A stretch of DNA of 59,917 nt, the filler included, from Sphacelaria rigidula (taxonomy: Eukaryota), in the NCBI GenBank assembly GCA_964200075.2. It is 10 parts of 10 records of this genome, joined end to end, with 100 filler letters (N's around TTAATTAATTAA, not from the genome) between each part and the next. Parts side by side here need not be neighbours in the genome. Positions count along the whole stretch, not along the records: positions 12,005 to 17,906 come from CAXNAA020023620.1; positions 18,007 to 23,908 come from CAXNAA020023621.1; positions 24,009 to 29,910 come from CAXNAA020023622.1; 7 more parts are not named here. The stretch is one strand, 5' to 3'. The notes beneath the pieces are model-generated. The model saw only the letters and a list, made by a program, of their open reading frames with translations, had not been told where the DNA came from and ran no database searches. Positions 12,230-25,176 of this stretch are shown here, in pieces (position 1 is the first letter of the stretch; each line of letters starts with the position of its first letter). Position numbers and translations under genes: made by a program.

Positions 12230-12455
12230 GGTTGGCCTATTCTTCATTCTGTGTGTACTTTTCTTTGCCTGTAACACTTCCGTAAGCCCACAGCTACACG
12301 CCGATATCCTACTCAGGGATATGGAAGGCTTCAGTGGCAAGCTGCTATTTTACAGAAAACGTATGTAAGGCCCACCCCAGAGGGGTATTTCACAACTGAA
12401 ATGATTTCATTAATTAATCGCATCCTGGGCTCTCAATTTCACGGAAGCGTTGTTT
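12230..12455 (+). mobile_element. Partial copy of the ~300-bp MITE family with CAGTGTTTTCGTGAGATTG-like TIRs
   Basis: The core cagctacacgccgatatcctactcagggatat is shared with 13760-14046(-) and 24864-25176(+). Confidence 0.65.
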
Positions 12456-12584
12456 CTCCCTGTCTATGGGTTATGACTCCGAAGGCGTGCGATTGTCTCG
12501 CCCTCAACTCCATTGTATGCACTCCCGTACAGTCTCGCAACATTTCCCCCTTCGCTCCATTTCTTATCAATATTAACATATTAA

Positions 12585-13052
12585 CCCTTTGGGAACCCTC
12601 CCCTTCCATCCCCGGGTCAGACGCCTCATTATTCAAGCCCTGACGAATAGGAAAAAATGGGAACGGAAAAGACCGACGGCAACCATTTTTCACGGCGGAA
12701 GGCCTCAGAAAAATCCGCCAGCATGCGTCATGCGCGCACCAAAAATGTCACCCCGGTGCAGTCAGATTAGTTTTGTCCGATGAGGGGACGAGCGGATCAA
12801 GTTTGTACAAGTTTGTACACGCAGCCAAATTAGCACGGGCGTGACTGAAGTCTAATGAATTAAAATTGGCACCACCGTCTATTTTGTTCATGCTGAGTCC
12901 CGTGCTGCAATTGGGCACATTTTCATTCGGGTCTTAAAAAAAGTCGCCTAGGGCTAACAGTTTTGCGTGAAAGCTGTAAAAACTCTACCGCATGTCGTTA
13001 AACAAAACAGCACCTCGAAATCCAAACTTATCCATCGCCAGTGCCAAAAGGG
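12585..13052 (+). mobile_element. piggyBac-like MITE, ~470 bp (copy 1)
   Basis: Structure TTAA|CCCTTTGGGAAC...GTGCCAAAAGGG|TTGT. Colinear second copy at 17138-17604. CCC/GGG termini at TTAA sites are typical of piggyBac. Confidence 0.7.
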
Positions 13053-13108
13053 TTGTGTAAAACCCCTTTGAGACCGGACCCCCACTAACCAGGTGTGTCA
13101 ACCCTCAA

Positions 13109-13209
13109 CCCTTTGACCGCGAACGTAGTCCATCTGGACTATGCATACTTTTTTCAAGTGAAATTGATGCCGATTCAACAGATGATGACCTGCTCTCGCT
13201 GTCCAAGGG
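13109..13209 (+). mobile_element. piggyBac-like mini-MITE, ~100 bp (copy 1)
   Basis: Structure TCAA|CCCTTTGACC...GTCCAAGGG|TTGA. Homologues at 14239-14336 and 16431-16521(-). Confidence 0.7.
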
Positions 13210-13213
13210 TTGA

Positions 13214-13350
13214 GACAGCGAGCGTCGCCTCGGAACAGTTTCACAGGCTGATGGTGTGGAGACATCCGGGGGTTTCCAGTGGGCGGGGGGGATGGTTTTT
13301 GAGGGGGAGGGGTGCCTGTCGGCAGAGCAGCTGGGAAGCGCACAAAGTCA
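13214..13350 (+). mobile_element. Fragment of a third piggyBac-like family (gcgagcgtcgcctcggaacagtt...)
   Basis: Homologous to 53358-53640(+), 15925-16015(-) and, more distantly, 22835-22980. The 53358 and 16015 copies begin TTAA|CCCT. Confidence 0.65.
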
Positions 13351-13759
13351 TACTGGCGCCAAATTTTGATCCCTCGACCGTTTGTCACCGAAAATGCAAG
13401 TTTGGCCAAAAACAAAACTGCGGCCAGCGGGAAACGCAAAGTTGCCCTGAAAACGATCTCAACGAGTGGAGCAAGTCATTCCAAGGTGTTAACATCCGCC
13501 TAGCCCTCTCTTCGGGCGTAAAACGACGGAGAAAGACCCTCAAGGCAGTTTTCGACAGGATTTTTATTCGAAACCCACAATAATTGGTCCAAGTCACGCC
13601 CTGTTTAGTATATCGTTTGTAGTCTTGAGGAAACGCGTTTCTTACGCAAATGTTACTCGTAGCAGTTTCCAGTTTTCGTGGAGTACATACATGCTTTTTA
13701 TGATTTTCAAGTGACGCACGCGGGCTCTGCTGCGATATACACAAAACACACACACACAA

Positions 13760-14046
13760 CAATGTTTTCGTAAGATTGAGAGTAGAGGATACGATTGAGC
13801 TTGAGAAGCGGTCAATTTATGAATGACTCGTTTCAGTTCCGAAATGCCCCTCCACAAGGTCCGATACGCTTTCTGTAGTAGCTTGCCACTGAACCCCTTT
13901 ATATCCCTGAGTAGGATATCGATGTGTAGCTGTAAGCACACTCCAGTGTTAAAGGCAAAGGAAAGCACATACAGGATGAGAAATTGGTCAAGTCGAAGCG
14001 ACCCACTCTCAATCAACGCTCTACTTTCAATTTCACGAGAACATTG
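13760..14046 (-). mobile_element. MITE with ~26-bp TIRs (hAT-like start)
   Basis: caatgttttcgtaagattgagagtag versus the inverse of ctactttcaatttcacgagaacattg (4 mismatches). No TSD seen. Confidence 0.7.
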
Positions 14047-14238
14047 TTATACGAGCTGGGCCTGCAGTCAATCCCGCATTCGCTTTCCACACCACAACTT
14101 CTCAAGTTTTCCAAATCAGCGCGACTTGAGCATATCGCTGTGAAGAGCAGACCAACCTCGTTACACACGGCACTGCCGCTGAATGAAGAAAAGAGTGGAA
14201 AAAAAAAATACTGCATAGTATATAGTATATAACCTTAG

Positions 14239-14336
14239 CCCTCAGACCGCGAGGGTAGTCCATCTGGATCATGCGTTATTTTTAAAAGTGAACTTGATGC
14301 CGATTGAAGAGATGACCTACTCTCGCCGTCCAGGGG
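14239..14336 (+). mobile_element. piggyBac-like mini-MITE (copy 2)
   Basis: Structure TTAG|CCCTCAGACC...GTCCAGGGG|TTAA. Confidence 0.7.
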
Positions 14337-15129
14337 TTAACGATGGACGAACAAAAAGAGAATCTGTCGGGATTCGAAGTCATCATCTCCATAAATGGAG
14401 TCTCCTGTATTACTTGAATTAAAGCGGCGCGGCCGTGTCACACGAAAAGTGCGATGCCGCGCGCGATTTGAGTTATTCTTGGCCGAAACTTGGAACTTTA
14501 CCAGAATGTCATTGACGCGAGTGCCCGTGCTTGTTAGAGCGTTGTCGTCGTTTTTATCAATATTAATGGAAGTTGTAGCATTTTCCCTGTTTTTGCTGAA
14601 ACTTCAACTCACTCTAACTTCCTGTCTTTTTTTTTCCCCCTCTGCACCCCCAATAGAATTGCGCGGGTTGAAGATTAAAATGTCGTGTCAAAATTTCGAC
14701 CCTCGGAGGTGGACTGAGTCAGACGATGGTACATTTGGGGTTCAGAACAGCTCTTTTGGCGCTACACGAAACGCCCTTTTCAAAAGCATGTGGATGTTTA
14801 GCATCTGAAACGAAAGTAATACCGGAGAATGGCAGAGTCTGTATGCGTGTATGTGTGCCGCATGATTTCGCTGGATACAACGGCAAGGAATAGTCAGCGT
14901 GCCATCGTTTTCCGCTTGACACCATCTACTGCATGCTGCTGATGTGTCTGCTTAGTGTCCCACAATAGCACTGCAGACAGTGTGAAGCTACGCCGGCAAC
15001 ACATGAGTGGTTGGGCAGGCGCTACAGACCACGAGCAGAGTAACAAGCACGTTGTTCGTGTCCATGTCGTCGTCGGTTGAATTGTCACGACCATCATGAG
15101 AACTACGGCTAGACAGCGAAGTAGTCCGC

Positions 15130-15316
15130 TTGTAGTCCACCTGTAGGGGAACAAAGTGACCATTTTGATGGCCGTAATTGTTCAGAATGATCCTTCCGCT
15201 CCTCTCGGGCCTCCTTTTTGGATTGTAATTTACCTTGGGAAACTTCCATTCACCCATGGTTGACTCGGTGAGCTTTTTGGCTGTCTTGCAAACAGGCTCA
15301 CCACCTCCTGCCAAAT

Positions 15317-15320
<4 letters not shown>
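15130..15320 (-). repeat. Internal fragment of the family seen at 53480-53640
   Basis: The reverse complement shares aagctcac.gagtcaaccatg...ggcccgaga...cattctga.caat.acgg.c.tcaaaat with 53495-53610. Confidence 0.6.
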
Positions 15321-15351
<31 letters not shown>

Positions 15352-15924
15352 CACAATTTCGTCGGTACTCCGCTCGGCGCGCATGTAAAACGGNNNNNNN
15401 NNNCCCCTGTTTGTTTTGCTGCTTTTGTTGTCTTGCTCCAAACCGGTGCCCCCCCCTCTCTCCACCTCCCCCCCCCCCCCCCCCCCCGCCGGAGGCGACC
15501 TAAAGTTTTCACGCGTCGCAGAGGTCATGATCTGTGCGAAAATTACTTCTTAATATACTGATCCGGATCATGATCCGAATCATTTGGCCCCCCTTTTTCA
15601 TGTTTGCTTCTTACAGGCCGAGTAGTGCAAAGGTTGCGCTTTGGCTTATCTGATTCCGAGGTCACATATTTTGTGTTTTTGGACCTAACCCCGACCCAAG
15701 GCGTTCGAGACCCTCGGGCAAAGGGGGTGCATAGGTTCCCCTAGGCAAAGTGCGCGTGGGCAGACCTGAAATCGACGCCGCAGGCGCCGATTTCGACAAA
15801 ACACGTTCTAGACGAGCTGGGTGCACTGCTTCCCTGCCCCAAACCATACATTTTGTCGGAACTTCCTCGATTCTAAAATCAAGTAGTCATGTTGCCAACC
15901 ATAGATACACGACCAAAGCTTGAG

Positions 15925-16015
15925 GTCTACTTCCCCTGCGCCCCCTGGGAAACCTCGGGTGTCCCTGGACTGTCAGCCTGTGAAACTGCTCCGAGGCGAC
16001 GCTCGCATCTCAGGG
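15925..16015 (-). mobile_element. 5' end of the third piggyBac-like family
   Basis: The minus strand reads TTAA|CCCTGAGATGCGAGCGTCGCCTCGGAGCAGTTTCACAGGCTGAC. Confidence 0.65.
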
Positions 16016-16430
16016 TTAACGAGATGGGAACACTGAGAATGCGCCGGGAGACCGAGAGTTATTCTGGCTTATTTTTGTGGTATTTCCTTGTCTTTGTCCT
16101 TTCACAGCTCTCTCAACCAGTCGGAAGGGCAAAAAAGAACCAAGAAAACGTTAGAATCATCTTCACTCTCACGGCGCATTCTTACTTTTCTTGTCTCTTT
16201 AAAACACGGCCTAGGCGAAGAAGAGATTTATACTGACTTGCATGCGCTCGACTGTAGGCTGAAAGTCGATCAGGGTTTCTCCGGAACTGTTTTCTCTGTA
16301 CATGCCAAACATGCACATGTGACATGTTCATGAAAGAGGGTGTTTTGTCTTCGATAGCAACAACTGTTATTTTGAACCCCAAATGCGAAATAGCTAATCT
16401 GAGCTCACCTGCGCGGACTTCGCAGCTCAA

Positions 16431-16521
16431 TCCTTACAACGGCGACAGGAGGTCAATCGACATCAATTTCACTTGAAGAGGGTATGCATGATTCAGATAG
16501 ACTACCCTCGCGGTCAAACGG
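16431..16521 (-). mobile_element. piggyBac-like mini-MITE (copy 3)
   Basis: The reverse complement matches gaccgcgagggtagtc.atctg.atcatgc...tcaagtgaaattgatg. Confidence 0.65.
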
Positions 16522-17137
16522 TTGGGCAGCTTCTCATGGCAAACAAACAAAAAATCTGGAAAAGCGCCTTTTTGGAGCTTCTGCGTCGTTTCAAGCCCAA
16601 TGAGAGAGACGACCACGCATCCCTTTCGAGACGGAGCAGTGCAAAGTGGCTGGCTTGTGCGAAAATGCCTCCTGCGCGCGGTGGCAATCACCCGGGATTG
16701 TAAACCTCATGAAGATCCGCATATGATGTTCCACTCTAAAACCAAGTATATTTTGACATGGGATGTGGTGACGAGGTAGTGGGGAATCTCTGCTACTCTC
16801 TCTTCTGCCGCCTCACTTTGATTGACTTGTATTTTCTCCGTAATTCTTATTTTTGCATGCTGACCATTTCGTCTGTCTGTCTGTCTCCTTGCCTCTCGTT
16901 GTGAACGACAGAGTGCCGAGTTCCGCGTTTCGATTCTCATCCGACGCCGGTTAACGTGTCGGTTAGGCCGAAAGATGTGCGGATGCCGCAAGTAGGTGAG
17001 TTTATTTTATTTTATTTTAGCGTCAAAGAACAATCTTGCAAGACAAACAAATGGCGCCGTGGATCGAAAAGGCCGTCCGGCAGTGGTCATGTGTCGAGTG
17101 AAGGGTCATGCCGATACAAAAGTTGAACACACGCTAA

Positions 17138-17604
17138 CTCTGTAGGAACCCTCGCCTTCCATCGGCGGGCCAGACGCCTCATTATTTCCAGCCCTGACAA
17201 CGAAGAAAAGATGGGGATAGAAAAGACCGACGGCAACCATTTTTCACGGTCGAAGGCCACAGAAGAATCCAGCAGCATAGGTCGTGCGCGCACCAAAAAT
17301 ATTACCCCGGCGCGGTCAGATTAGTTTGGTTCAATGAGGGGACGGAACGGATCAAGTTTGTTCAACTTCGTGCACACAGTCAACTTAGCATTGGCATGGC
17401 TGAAGTCTAAACCAACAAAAAACGGCACCTGTCTATCTTGTATATACCGAATCTCGTGCTGCAGTGGGGCACATTATTTCACGGGTCTGAAGAACACGCC
17501 TCGGGCTAACAGTTTCGCGTGAAAGCTAAAAAAACTCAACCGTATGTCAGTTCGAAAAACAGCACCTCGAAATCCAGTCTTTTCCATCGCCAGTGCCAGA
17601 AGAG
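17138..17604 (+). mobile_element. piggyBac-like MITE, ~470 bp (copy 2)
   Basis: Colinear with 12585-13052 from end to end, e.g. gaaaagaccgacggcaaccatttttcacgg and cagcacctcgaaatcca. Confidence 0.75.
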
Positions 17605-18980
17605 TTGACGCTGACCGGGGCTGTTGAGAAAGGGTTCAAGAAGATGGAGGTGGGGGTCCATGCCACTTGCAATGGGCACAGTAGTTGTTATGATAACCTA
17701 CCTGTCCTGCTGCATCTATGGAACAGAATTCACGTCGCGAAAACAGAGCACCTCCTTGCTCACTCTTATCTTCCACTCGCATGGAGAGAACGACCTCCGA
17801 GTGATGCCGCGTCCCCCGCACCCATACCCATACCCGTGATGGAGTGTAAAAGCCGTGGCTGTCTCTGGAAGTGGCGATACCAGAAAATAAAGCAGCTCAT
17901 TGTAGGNNNNNNNNNNNNNNNNNNNNNNNNNNNNNNNNNNNNNNNNNNNNTTAATTAATTAANNNNNNNNNNNNNNNNNNNNNNNNNNNNNNNNNNNNNN
18001 NNNNNNTCCAACCTGTACAAAACTGCTTGTCGATAGGACTCGGGGCTGGTCGTTATGGGGCCAATCCCCTGTCAAAAGGGGGTTGTGAAAAGGGGGATTA
18101 TCCCCTTCGTTAAGACAGGCCCTTATCCCGACAAAGCAAACCGGCCTCTGGAACTTCACGTCCCCCCCCGGCACACACACTAGACCTTTTGAATCTGGTT
18201 GCGGAGTTGCTCAATTCGCCACAGCTGATCCGAAAAGCCCAAGAACGTTGAAGGAAGCGCGTTTTCCAATAAATTTTGTGTTTGGTGCAGCGGTTTGCCC
18301 AAGTGCCGCGGCCTCCGCGGCAATCGTCCGGAAACCTGATGCCACACTGATTAGTTTTGGCGTGTGGGAAGCGCACGCATCGAACCGCAGTCCAATCCTC
18401 CATCTCGTTGCCAAGAAACAGCTTTTGTCGAGGTAAAAAATGGGGAACAGCGGTCATGTTTTCCGTAACTGACTATGTATACTAATAACAAGTGCTAACA
18501 ATGCAACATCGGGCAAGTTTCGTTTCGAAGGTAATATATTTTCCGTGTTGTCATGTGCTGCATATTTCTTTTATGCGCCCGTGCACAAAGGACAATTTGT
18601 TATCCAAACACGGCCTACAACAAACCGCATCATCTGCTCTGATTAAAACCGGCTGTTTTGGGTCGCCGCTGTCCAGCGCACTAGCCAAGGCGTCGAGCGC
18701 GATCTTTTCCATCTTCGATATACCGCCTTCATCTGACCGAAGATAGCCACGACCCGTAATTGCCTCTGTACATCAACGACAACCTGACAAAATGCTACAT
18801 TTTCGAAGTTCACGAGGCTTCGTGACGAAACGCATGTTTCTTGTTATCGCCAAGCGATTTGGAATGGCGGTTTACCCGGTCACGTGCCGCCACGTGCTGG
18901 TTTGCTCTGTGGGGCTGTACCAAGCAACTTCGCATTGCAACAGCGAGTATCCTTCACCTCTCGAATTGCAATGGGCGAGG

Positions 18981-19925
18981 TTACACAAGAAAGTCGCCAA
19001 GCGCAGGAACCCACGCGTGAAGAGCGGTTGTGTCGATCGTCGGTGTACTGCGATTCACTGACTGATAACAAGCGGTGATGTCTACTGCGACTGCCACTGC
19101 CGCCGGTGTACACTGGGAATAGGATGTAAACATCGCGTTTGGCAATTTGCAGTTCGATCGAACGGCAGCATCAAATCCATGGTGCCATTTGCCTTCGTTG
19201 GGCATTGGTTTGTGCTGCGCCGTTGTGTGAGCCTGTGCTAAAAGGGCAATTCTTCCCCTCAACACCGTGTACCCCTTGCCCCTCCACTTGAAACCCGCAG
19301 CTCCAAATATGAAATGCAGCTTCTTCACGGCATATGATTCGAGGACAGAACTCAAGGCATGTACAGGCAGTTTTGGAAACGTTCGTGGACGCTGTGGCTG
19401 TCACCGACCCGGGGGGCTGATGCTATTCTGTGACTGCCAGTATTTACTACAAAGCAAAAATAAGCAGTACCATCTGCAATGACATGCGCTTTCCAGCACT
19501 TGTTCTCTGTCACTGTAATGTTGAACATATGGGTCAGGGACTTGATTACGCAGCGCTCCTTTTTGTGCTGCTGTGCTGTTCGGCATGACACAAAAGGCGA
19601 CGTGACGCTTCAACTGTGATAGCTCCAAACGTGTCATGTCTTGTGCCACAGAGCTGGAGTGTGAAGTTCGCGGTCGACGGTTTTCTGTCACGAGTCAAGA
19701 ACACAAAAATCGATGCCATCTTTCTTGAGCTGACGGAGCAGTCACAGCTGTGGTGCTTGCCACGACTGCCTGTTGATACTGAACACAATATATCCTGGAG
19801 CACCACAAAAAAATCATTTTCCCCGCTGTGTGATAAACAGCATGACAACCAAAGCACAGCCACTGAAGAGGGGGCGATAAATCAACGACAGCAGCAGATC
19901 GATCCGACAGGAGCACTCGCGACAC
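18981..19925 (-). pseudogene. Possible decayed coding region with two SAP-like segments
   Basis: ORFs 19695-19925, 19401-19691 and 18981-19355 share one frame and are broken only by two stops. MTRLELSQLKRHVAF...KGALRNQV and YAVKKLHFIFGAAGFKWRGKGYTVLRGRI loosely resemble SAP motifs, by eye only. Confidence 0.25.
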
Positions 19926-21643
19926 TCATGACAACGCTTTCTTTTGTATAATATAACCTCGTGTATAGTGTAACCTCCTGTGCCCCCCCCTCACCCCCAG
20001 ATTACGTATCCACAATCTCAGATGTTATTTCATCTTCCCCCCACCCCCAATGGCCTTTCAACTACAGCAAGGATGCTCTTGGTCTCTTGAAATTTTCCAC
20101 ACACTTCAAGACGGTCTGGGGGTCAACGGGTGTTGTGTCACTAGGGTTGGTGTTGTGGGTGACGCCCGCAACTGCCACTCTTCGTGTTTTTGACTGCTCA
20201 TGTAGACAAGGGCGGTGAATGTGCGATGGAAAGTGGTGGGCGTGTGCTTCCCAAGTGGTACAGCAACACGATACTAGCACAACGACATCAGTGCGATCGC
20301 CGGAGCAACAACATTTCCGCGGCACCGACCATTCACGGGCTTGTGAATTTGTCCTGAAGTTGGAGTACATTTCATATGAGCGAGGTCGTTATTTGGTGAT
20401 GAGTGTTTTTGGGATTCATACGATTGGCTCGATTACGGGTCATTTTTTTTGCAGTGGTCGGTCCATTTTCCCGGTATATAGTGCCCAAAATCGAGCCTCA
20501 TTCACGGGCATAACTTTTGTACCCTACGGTCACAATCACATCACTCCACCTATGCCATACTTCATTGGCAACGTTCCAGGCACCTGATTTCCGGAAAAGA
20601 TTATTCCTATTTTCCAGTCAGGGAGGAAGCATGAAGAAGCATTAGCAAAATCAGCATCGAGTGGATCGTACACAACACAGGGTCATCCGTCTCTCAATCG
20701 GTACGAGAGCCGCCAGTTGGAGACATACTCTAGAAAAATACACGGGGGGCGAAATTATGCTGGTGTCGAACGAAGTCCTTGCAGACAACAAGGGCAACTA
20801 CAATAGGTCCATACACAATGATCATAACCAGCACATGTAAGCCTCCTCCACTCAGACGAGATTGCAGGCGACAGGAATAACAAAAACAAGAAGGCTCGAT
20901 AACACTCCAACACATTCCCCGTTATTCACGAGAGGCCATTGGATAGGGACAGCACAAAAATGGCGGACTAGTATCTGCCACGAGGGCCATCATAAACGCC
21001 CAGCGTAGACAGAACGCGTTTCTTCGTCTCGATAACAAAATACACAGACTAGCTTGCGTACCCCCCCTCCCCTCCCTTTCCCCGCAAATACTTCCGGGTG
21101 TCATCCACACCGAGATACCCCAGGGCGGATGTACATGCGATTCGTATGCCGAATGAGCTACGAGTTGGGCAGCATGTACACATGATTCGTCCCACATGAA
21201 GTAGAGGACATAATTGTGTGCCCACAATTTACGCCATATGAAGTGAAGGTAAGGAACATGCACCTTCCATGGTGTACCGCACGAATCACGAACTCGGGAT
21301 GTAAACACTTCATTTTGTGCTGGTATGAATCACGGAGTCAAAACATATACAAATCATAAATGATGTATGAATCGTATGATGTATTCGTTCAAATGATCAC
21401 GAGTTGAATCACGAGTTGATTTGTCCCGAATCGTCAAGTACTTGACGAGGGTCACCACGGTGGATCCAGTCCCCGATATCAAAATATTAGCCGTGTACAA
21501 AGATTGGGGGGTGAGATGAGTTCATTCGTTGAGACTGCGGATTCGTCCCACGAAAGGGGGAGGGTGGAGAAGAATGATGAACCAACACATCACTGGATGG
21601 GGAAGATGAGGAACTCGCCTTTGACGCCTTTCCTGCTGAGTAC

Positions 21644-21850
21644 CAGAGGTCGCATATCGCCCGCCACCGCTACCACCGCCGCCTGGCTTCACAGCGTCAT
21701 ATCTGGAACGAGCCACGGCTGCGTCATCACGTTTCGGAATACTCTTCTTGCCGCCGGCACGGGCGCCGGAGGAGGGGGTATGTGGGCCTCGGGCGTCCGA
21801 ATTTTTCGACCTCCATGAGCCTGAGGAAGGCGCCCTTCCGGGCACCAACC
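21644..21850 (-). CDS. Candidate internal exon of an unknown, low-complexity Gly/Ser/Arg-rich protein
   Basis: TACAG| acceptor and |GTACTC donor enclose 207 nt of open frame (LVPGRAPSSGSW...KPGGGGSGGGRYATS). GC-rich. No partner exon identified. Confidence 0.35.
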
Positions 21851-24010
21851 CTGTATACATGGCATCGTTGTAACCGCAGACAAGAGAATCAGGGGGAACA
21901 AAGATTAATCGAGTCACTGGCTGACAAAACAGCATAAAAATCGCAGCCTGGTGAGTGAGCCTTAGTGTTCGAGGATCGACACTGGAGAAGTGTCAGTCCA
22001 TGAAAAAATCAAATATACGACAAGGCGAGACTGACGTGCGTGGGACTCAGATGGACTGCTGTAACCTCGCTGTCAAAGGCGTGAAGTCTGCAACGTTTGT
22101 CTGCCCCCCTCTTCAGCGGGGCAAGTCTGACTGAGAGCGTACCGCTGGAGAAAAGTCAGTGAGGGTAAGTTTAAACTTCAGCCTGCGGCTTCAAGCCGGT
22201 TAGCATCTATTGAATTGATGAGCGTCTGGAACCACACGAAAGTGGAAAGAGTACGCCGTGTTTGGAGGGGCAGCCGTACGTTCGTTGCTGCTTGGAAAAC
22301 TGGTCGGCGTAAGTGATGGATTGATTACCGCACATCATCTCAATGAGTCACAGTGTAACCGTGGCCATTACCCACAAGATAGATATGCCCAAGGTTAGCA
22401 AAGCGGAAACACTCCTTGAAGGAAAGTCGACAAACGACAGTACTGGAACACCCGACCAGCCGTTCACATCACAGAGGGCCATCCGTACTGTGCGATGGCA
22501 TACAGTATATGCTGCTCTTGGCTGCGCTTTGCCAAAATACGTAGGATGCCATGCACCACAAGCAAGGGCTGCACGCGGACAGTGGTGAAATGTCATACTG
22601 TACGTTACAATCCTCCCGTGACGGTGCAAACATCATCTTCGACCCATCTCAAATCAACCAAATGGTCGACCCAAGACTATCTCGGTGCGAGTATGATTTG
22701 GGATTGATCTCGAGTGTAGTATACCTTGCCTACGACCTCCTCAGCGCTCCACTCACTTTCGGTGGACCTGTCAGACGGTGGAACGTTTCCGAAGATGGGG
22801 TCGAGCTCAAAGGGCTACAGTAGATACAAAACTTCGGCTGCGACCCTCGCCTCAGAACAGTTCAGCCGGTGGATAGTCGAGGGATCCGCAGGGCTTTCCG
22901 GCAAGCAGGGAGCGAGGTTTGATGGGGAGGGGGAAGAGTGCCTGTTTCTAGACAAGCCGAGAGCTTACAAAGCCAATCATGAGCGTTACGACGTTTTTCG
23001 CAACCTATTCCCCGGAAACGAGCTTCGAAGGGAGGAGAGTGGCGATTGTGATTCTTTTATGCGTCAACGTGGTCATTCTCTTGCAGAACATGTACAGAAC
23101 CCCCACCTCGCCGCCAATCCGCCATCACGAAAATGAGCGCTTTTTGAGGAAATAAGGACTCTTCATCCCACATGTGCCCGTGTTCTAAGGCGACCCGTGG
23201 TGGGGTCGCAGCCTAAGGGGTTCAAATTCAAGATGAAGCGTCGTTGTGCAGTCACCCAATTTGCAAAGGTCGTGCTATTTCATGGAATTGACAACAAGGT
23301 CCAAAAGACGGACACCGAAGTTCATATCAAACAAGGAAATGATCTTGAAAAACGTTGGGGGGGGTTTTCATGGAACTGGAATGTCACAAGATAGTGTCGC
23401 CGGAACGGGAAGGGATGGCGAGTTCCGTCCCGTCCGGGCACATTCCCAACCTCCCCATCCCATTCCAGCTCCTTTTTCATTCCCACCCGTTCCTGTCCAG
23501 TTCCCACGGGGTGCTTTGTGGGCAGCACAGAAATTCTCGTCGAACCTCACGAGAAATGATGAGCTCCACGTGCAACTTGGATGTGGACGAGTTCAAGTAC
23601 GAGATATCGAAGCGTACCTTCCATCTTTGCCGAAGTATGAGACACTTTCATTCGATAATTGCATCATGTTTAGAGATTCAGGAACGTACATGAAGGTGTA
23701 TGCGACTCCCAGGCGTCAAGGGGCGGAATTTCACTCAGTCTTGGCCGAGCGAGGCAAAATTCATCGACCAGACCCGAACGACCAGCGCGGCGATTGTTGT
23801 CAGATGTGATGCAACTGCAAAGATCGTGCGGGGCCCTATCCCTGGCCCAGATAAGCCTTCCCAGGTTTCCAACTGCAGGGCGGTCGCAGCTTGGTTTTAT
23901 GGTTTTACNNNNNNNNNNNNNNNNNNNNNNNNNNNNNNNNNNNNNNNNNNNNTTAATTAATTAANNNNNNNNNNNNNNNNNNNNNNNNNNNNNNNNNNNN
24001 NNNNNNNNCG

Positions 24011-24271
24011 TCTTTTCGTGAACGATACCGCAACACTCCATATTGTGTGATGTTTGGACGGGCGCCGCGTACCGCGTTTTCAGCGTTGGTTTCTGCCACT
24101 GACGGCGAGTGGAAAATTGATGTCATGAATGCTGATGCGTTGCGTGACAAGGTCAAGAACGTCGTTGACGAGCAAGTGAGGTTTTGCAAAGAAGTGCAAG
24201 CAGCTGTTGAGGTGTCCCGAGAAACTAAACGTAAGCTTGCTCAGGGCCAAGCTGGCTATAAGACCCAATGA
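24011..24271 (+). mobile_element. Ty3/gypsy integrase C-terminal fragment
   Basis: YRNTPYCVMFGRAPRTAFSAL fits the TP-x-x-L/V-x-FGR-x-P motif found after the integrase core, followed by a helical segment. Truncated. Confidence 0.65.
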
Positions 24272-24863
24272 AGTAGTAACCACAAAGGGCCACGTTTGAA
24301 TCCCGCTTCGCGGAATCCACCAAGTCTTGTGGCCAAAACGGCGGGGACACTCTTCTGCGGAGGTTTCTGGCCTGGTCAGCCCGACATACTTGAATGATGA
24401 GTGAAGACTCGTATTAGAGCACTAGCCGCCGAGAAACGTGACCTCTTTGCTCGAGCAGCACAGAGAAATATCACAAAACGTTATTGAGTTTGGGGGGGCG
24501 GGGGGCGGGGGGCGGGGGCCGAGAGCATTCGTTTCCGAGAAACGTTGGTATCACACTCTCATCACACGCACGAATTGTAGATCGGATCGGGGTTCATTTA
24601 GTTACTCGTCATAGTCCCCATTCTGCGAGGAGAGTGATGTGGGGTTCATGTGTGTAAAAGTTCATTTCACCAAGAGCCGCAATAGGTACATGCCTGGGCC
24701 GCCGTCTCGCAGCTACCGTGTATCGAAATGTCTTATCATCAGAAACCGTACACCACATACGCGCTTAGCACTGCGAACTTAACGAGCACAACGCCATTAA
24801 CCGAAATATTGAACAAATTTGGCAGGCATGAAATATGTTGGCGCGCATGGAGTATGCAATTCA

Positions 24864-25176
24864 CATTGTTTTCGTGAGATTGGAAGTCTAGCGTTCATGG
24901 ATAGTGAGTTTCATCACTGGCTCTACCTTGATCATTTTTTCATTTCATCATGTGCGGTTTTCTTTACCTGTAATACTCTCGTGCTCTTATAGCTACACGC
25001 CGACATCCCGCTCAGGGAAATCAAAGGCTTCAGCAGTGGCACGCTACTACAGAACGCGTATCAGGCGTCGTACAAGTCCTGGGGGGGGCATTTCGGAACT
25101 GAAACTGCTCCATTCATTAGTTGACCGCTTCGCACCTTCAATCATACCCTAGATTCTCAATGTCACCAAAACATCG
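24864..25176 (+). mobile_element. MITE, same family as 13760-14046
   Basis: TIRs cattgttttcgtgagattg / ctcaatgtcaccaaaacatcg, plus the shared core. Confidence 0.65.
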
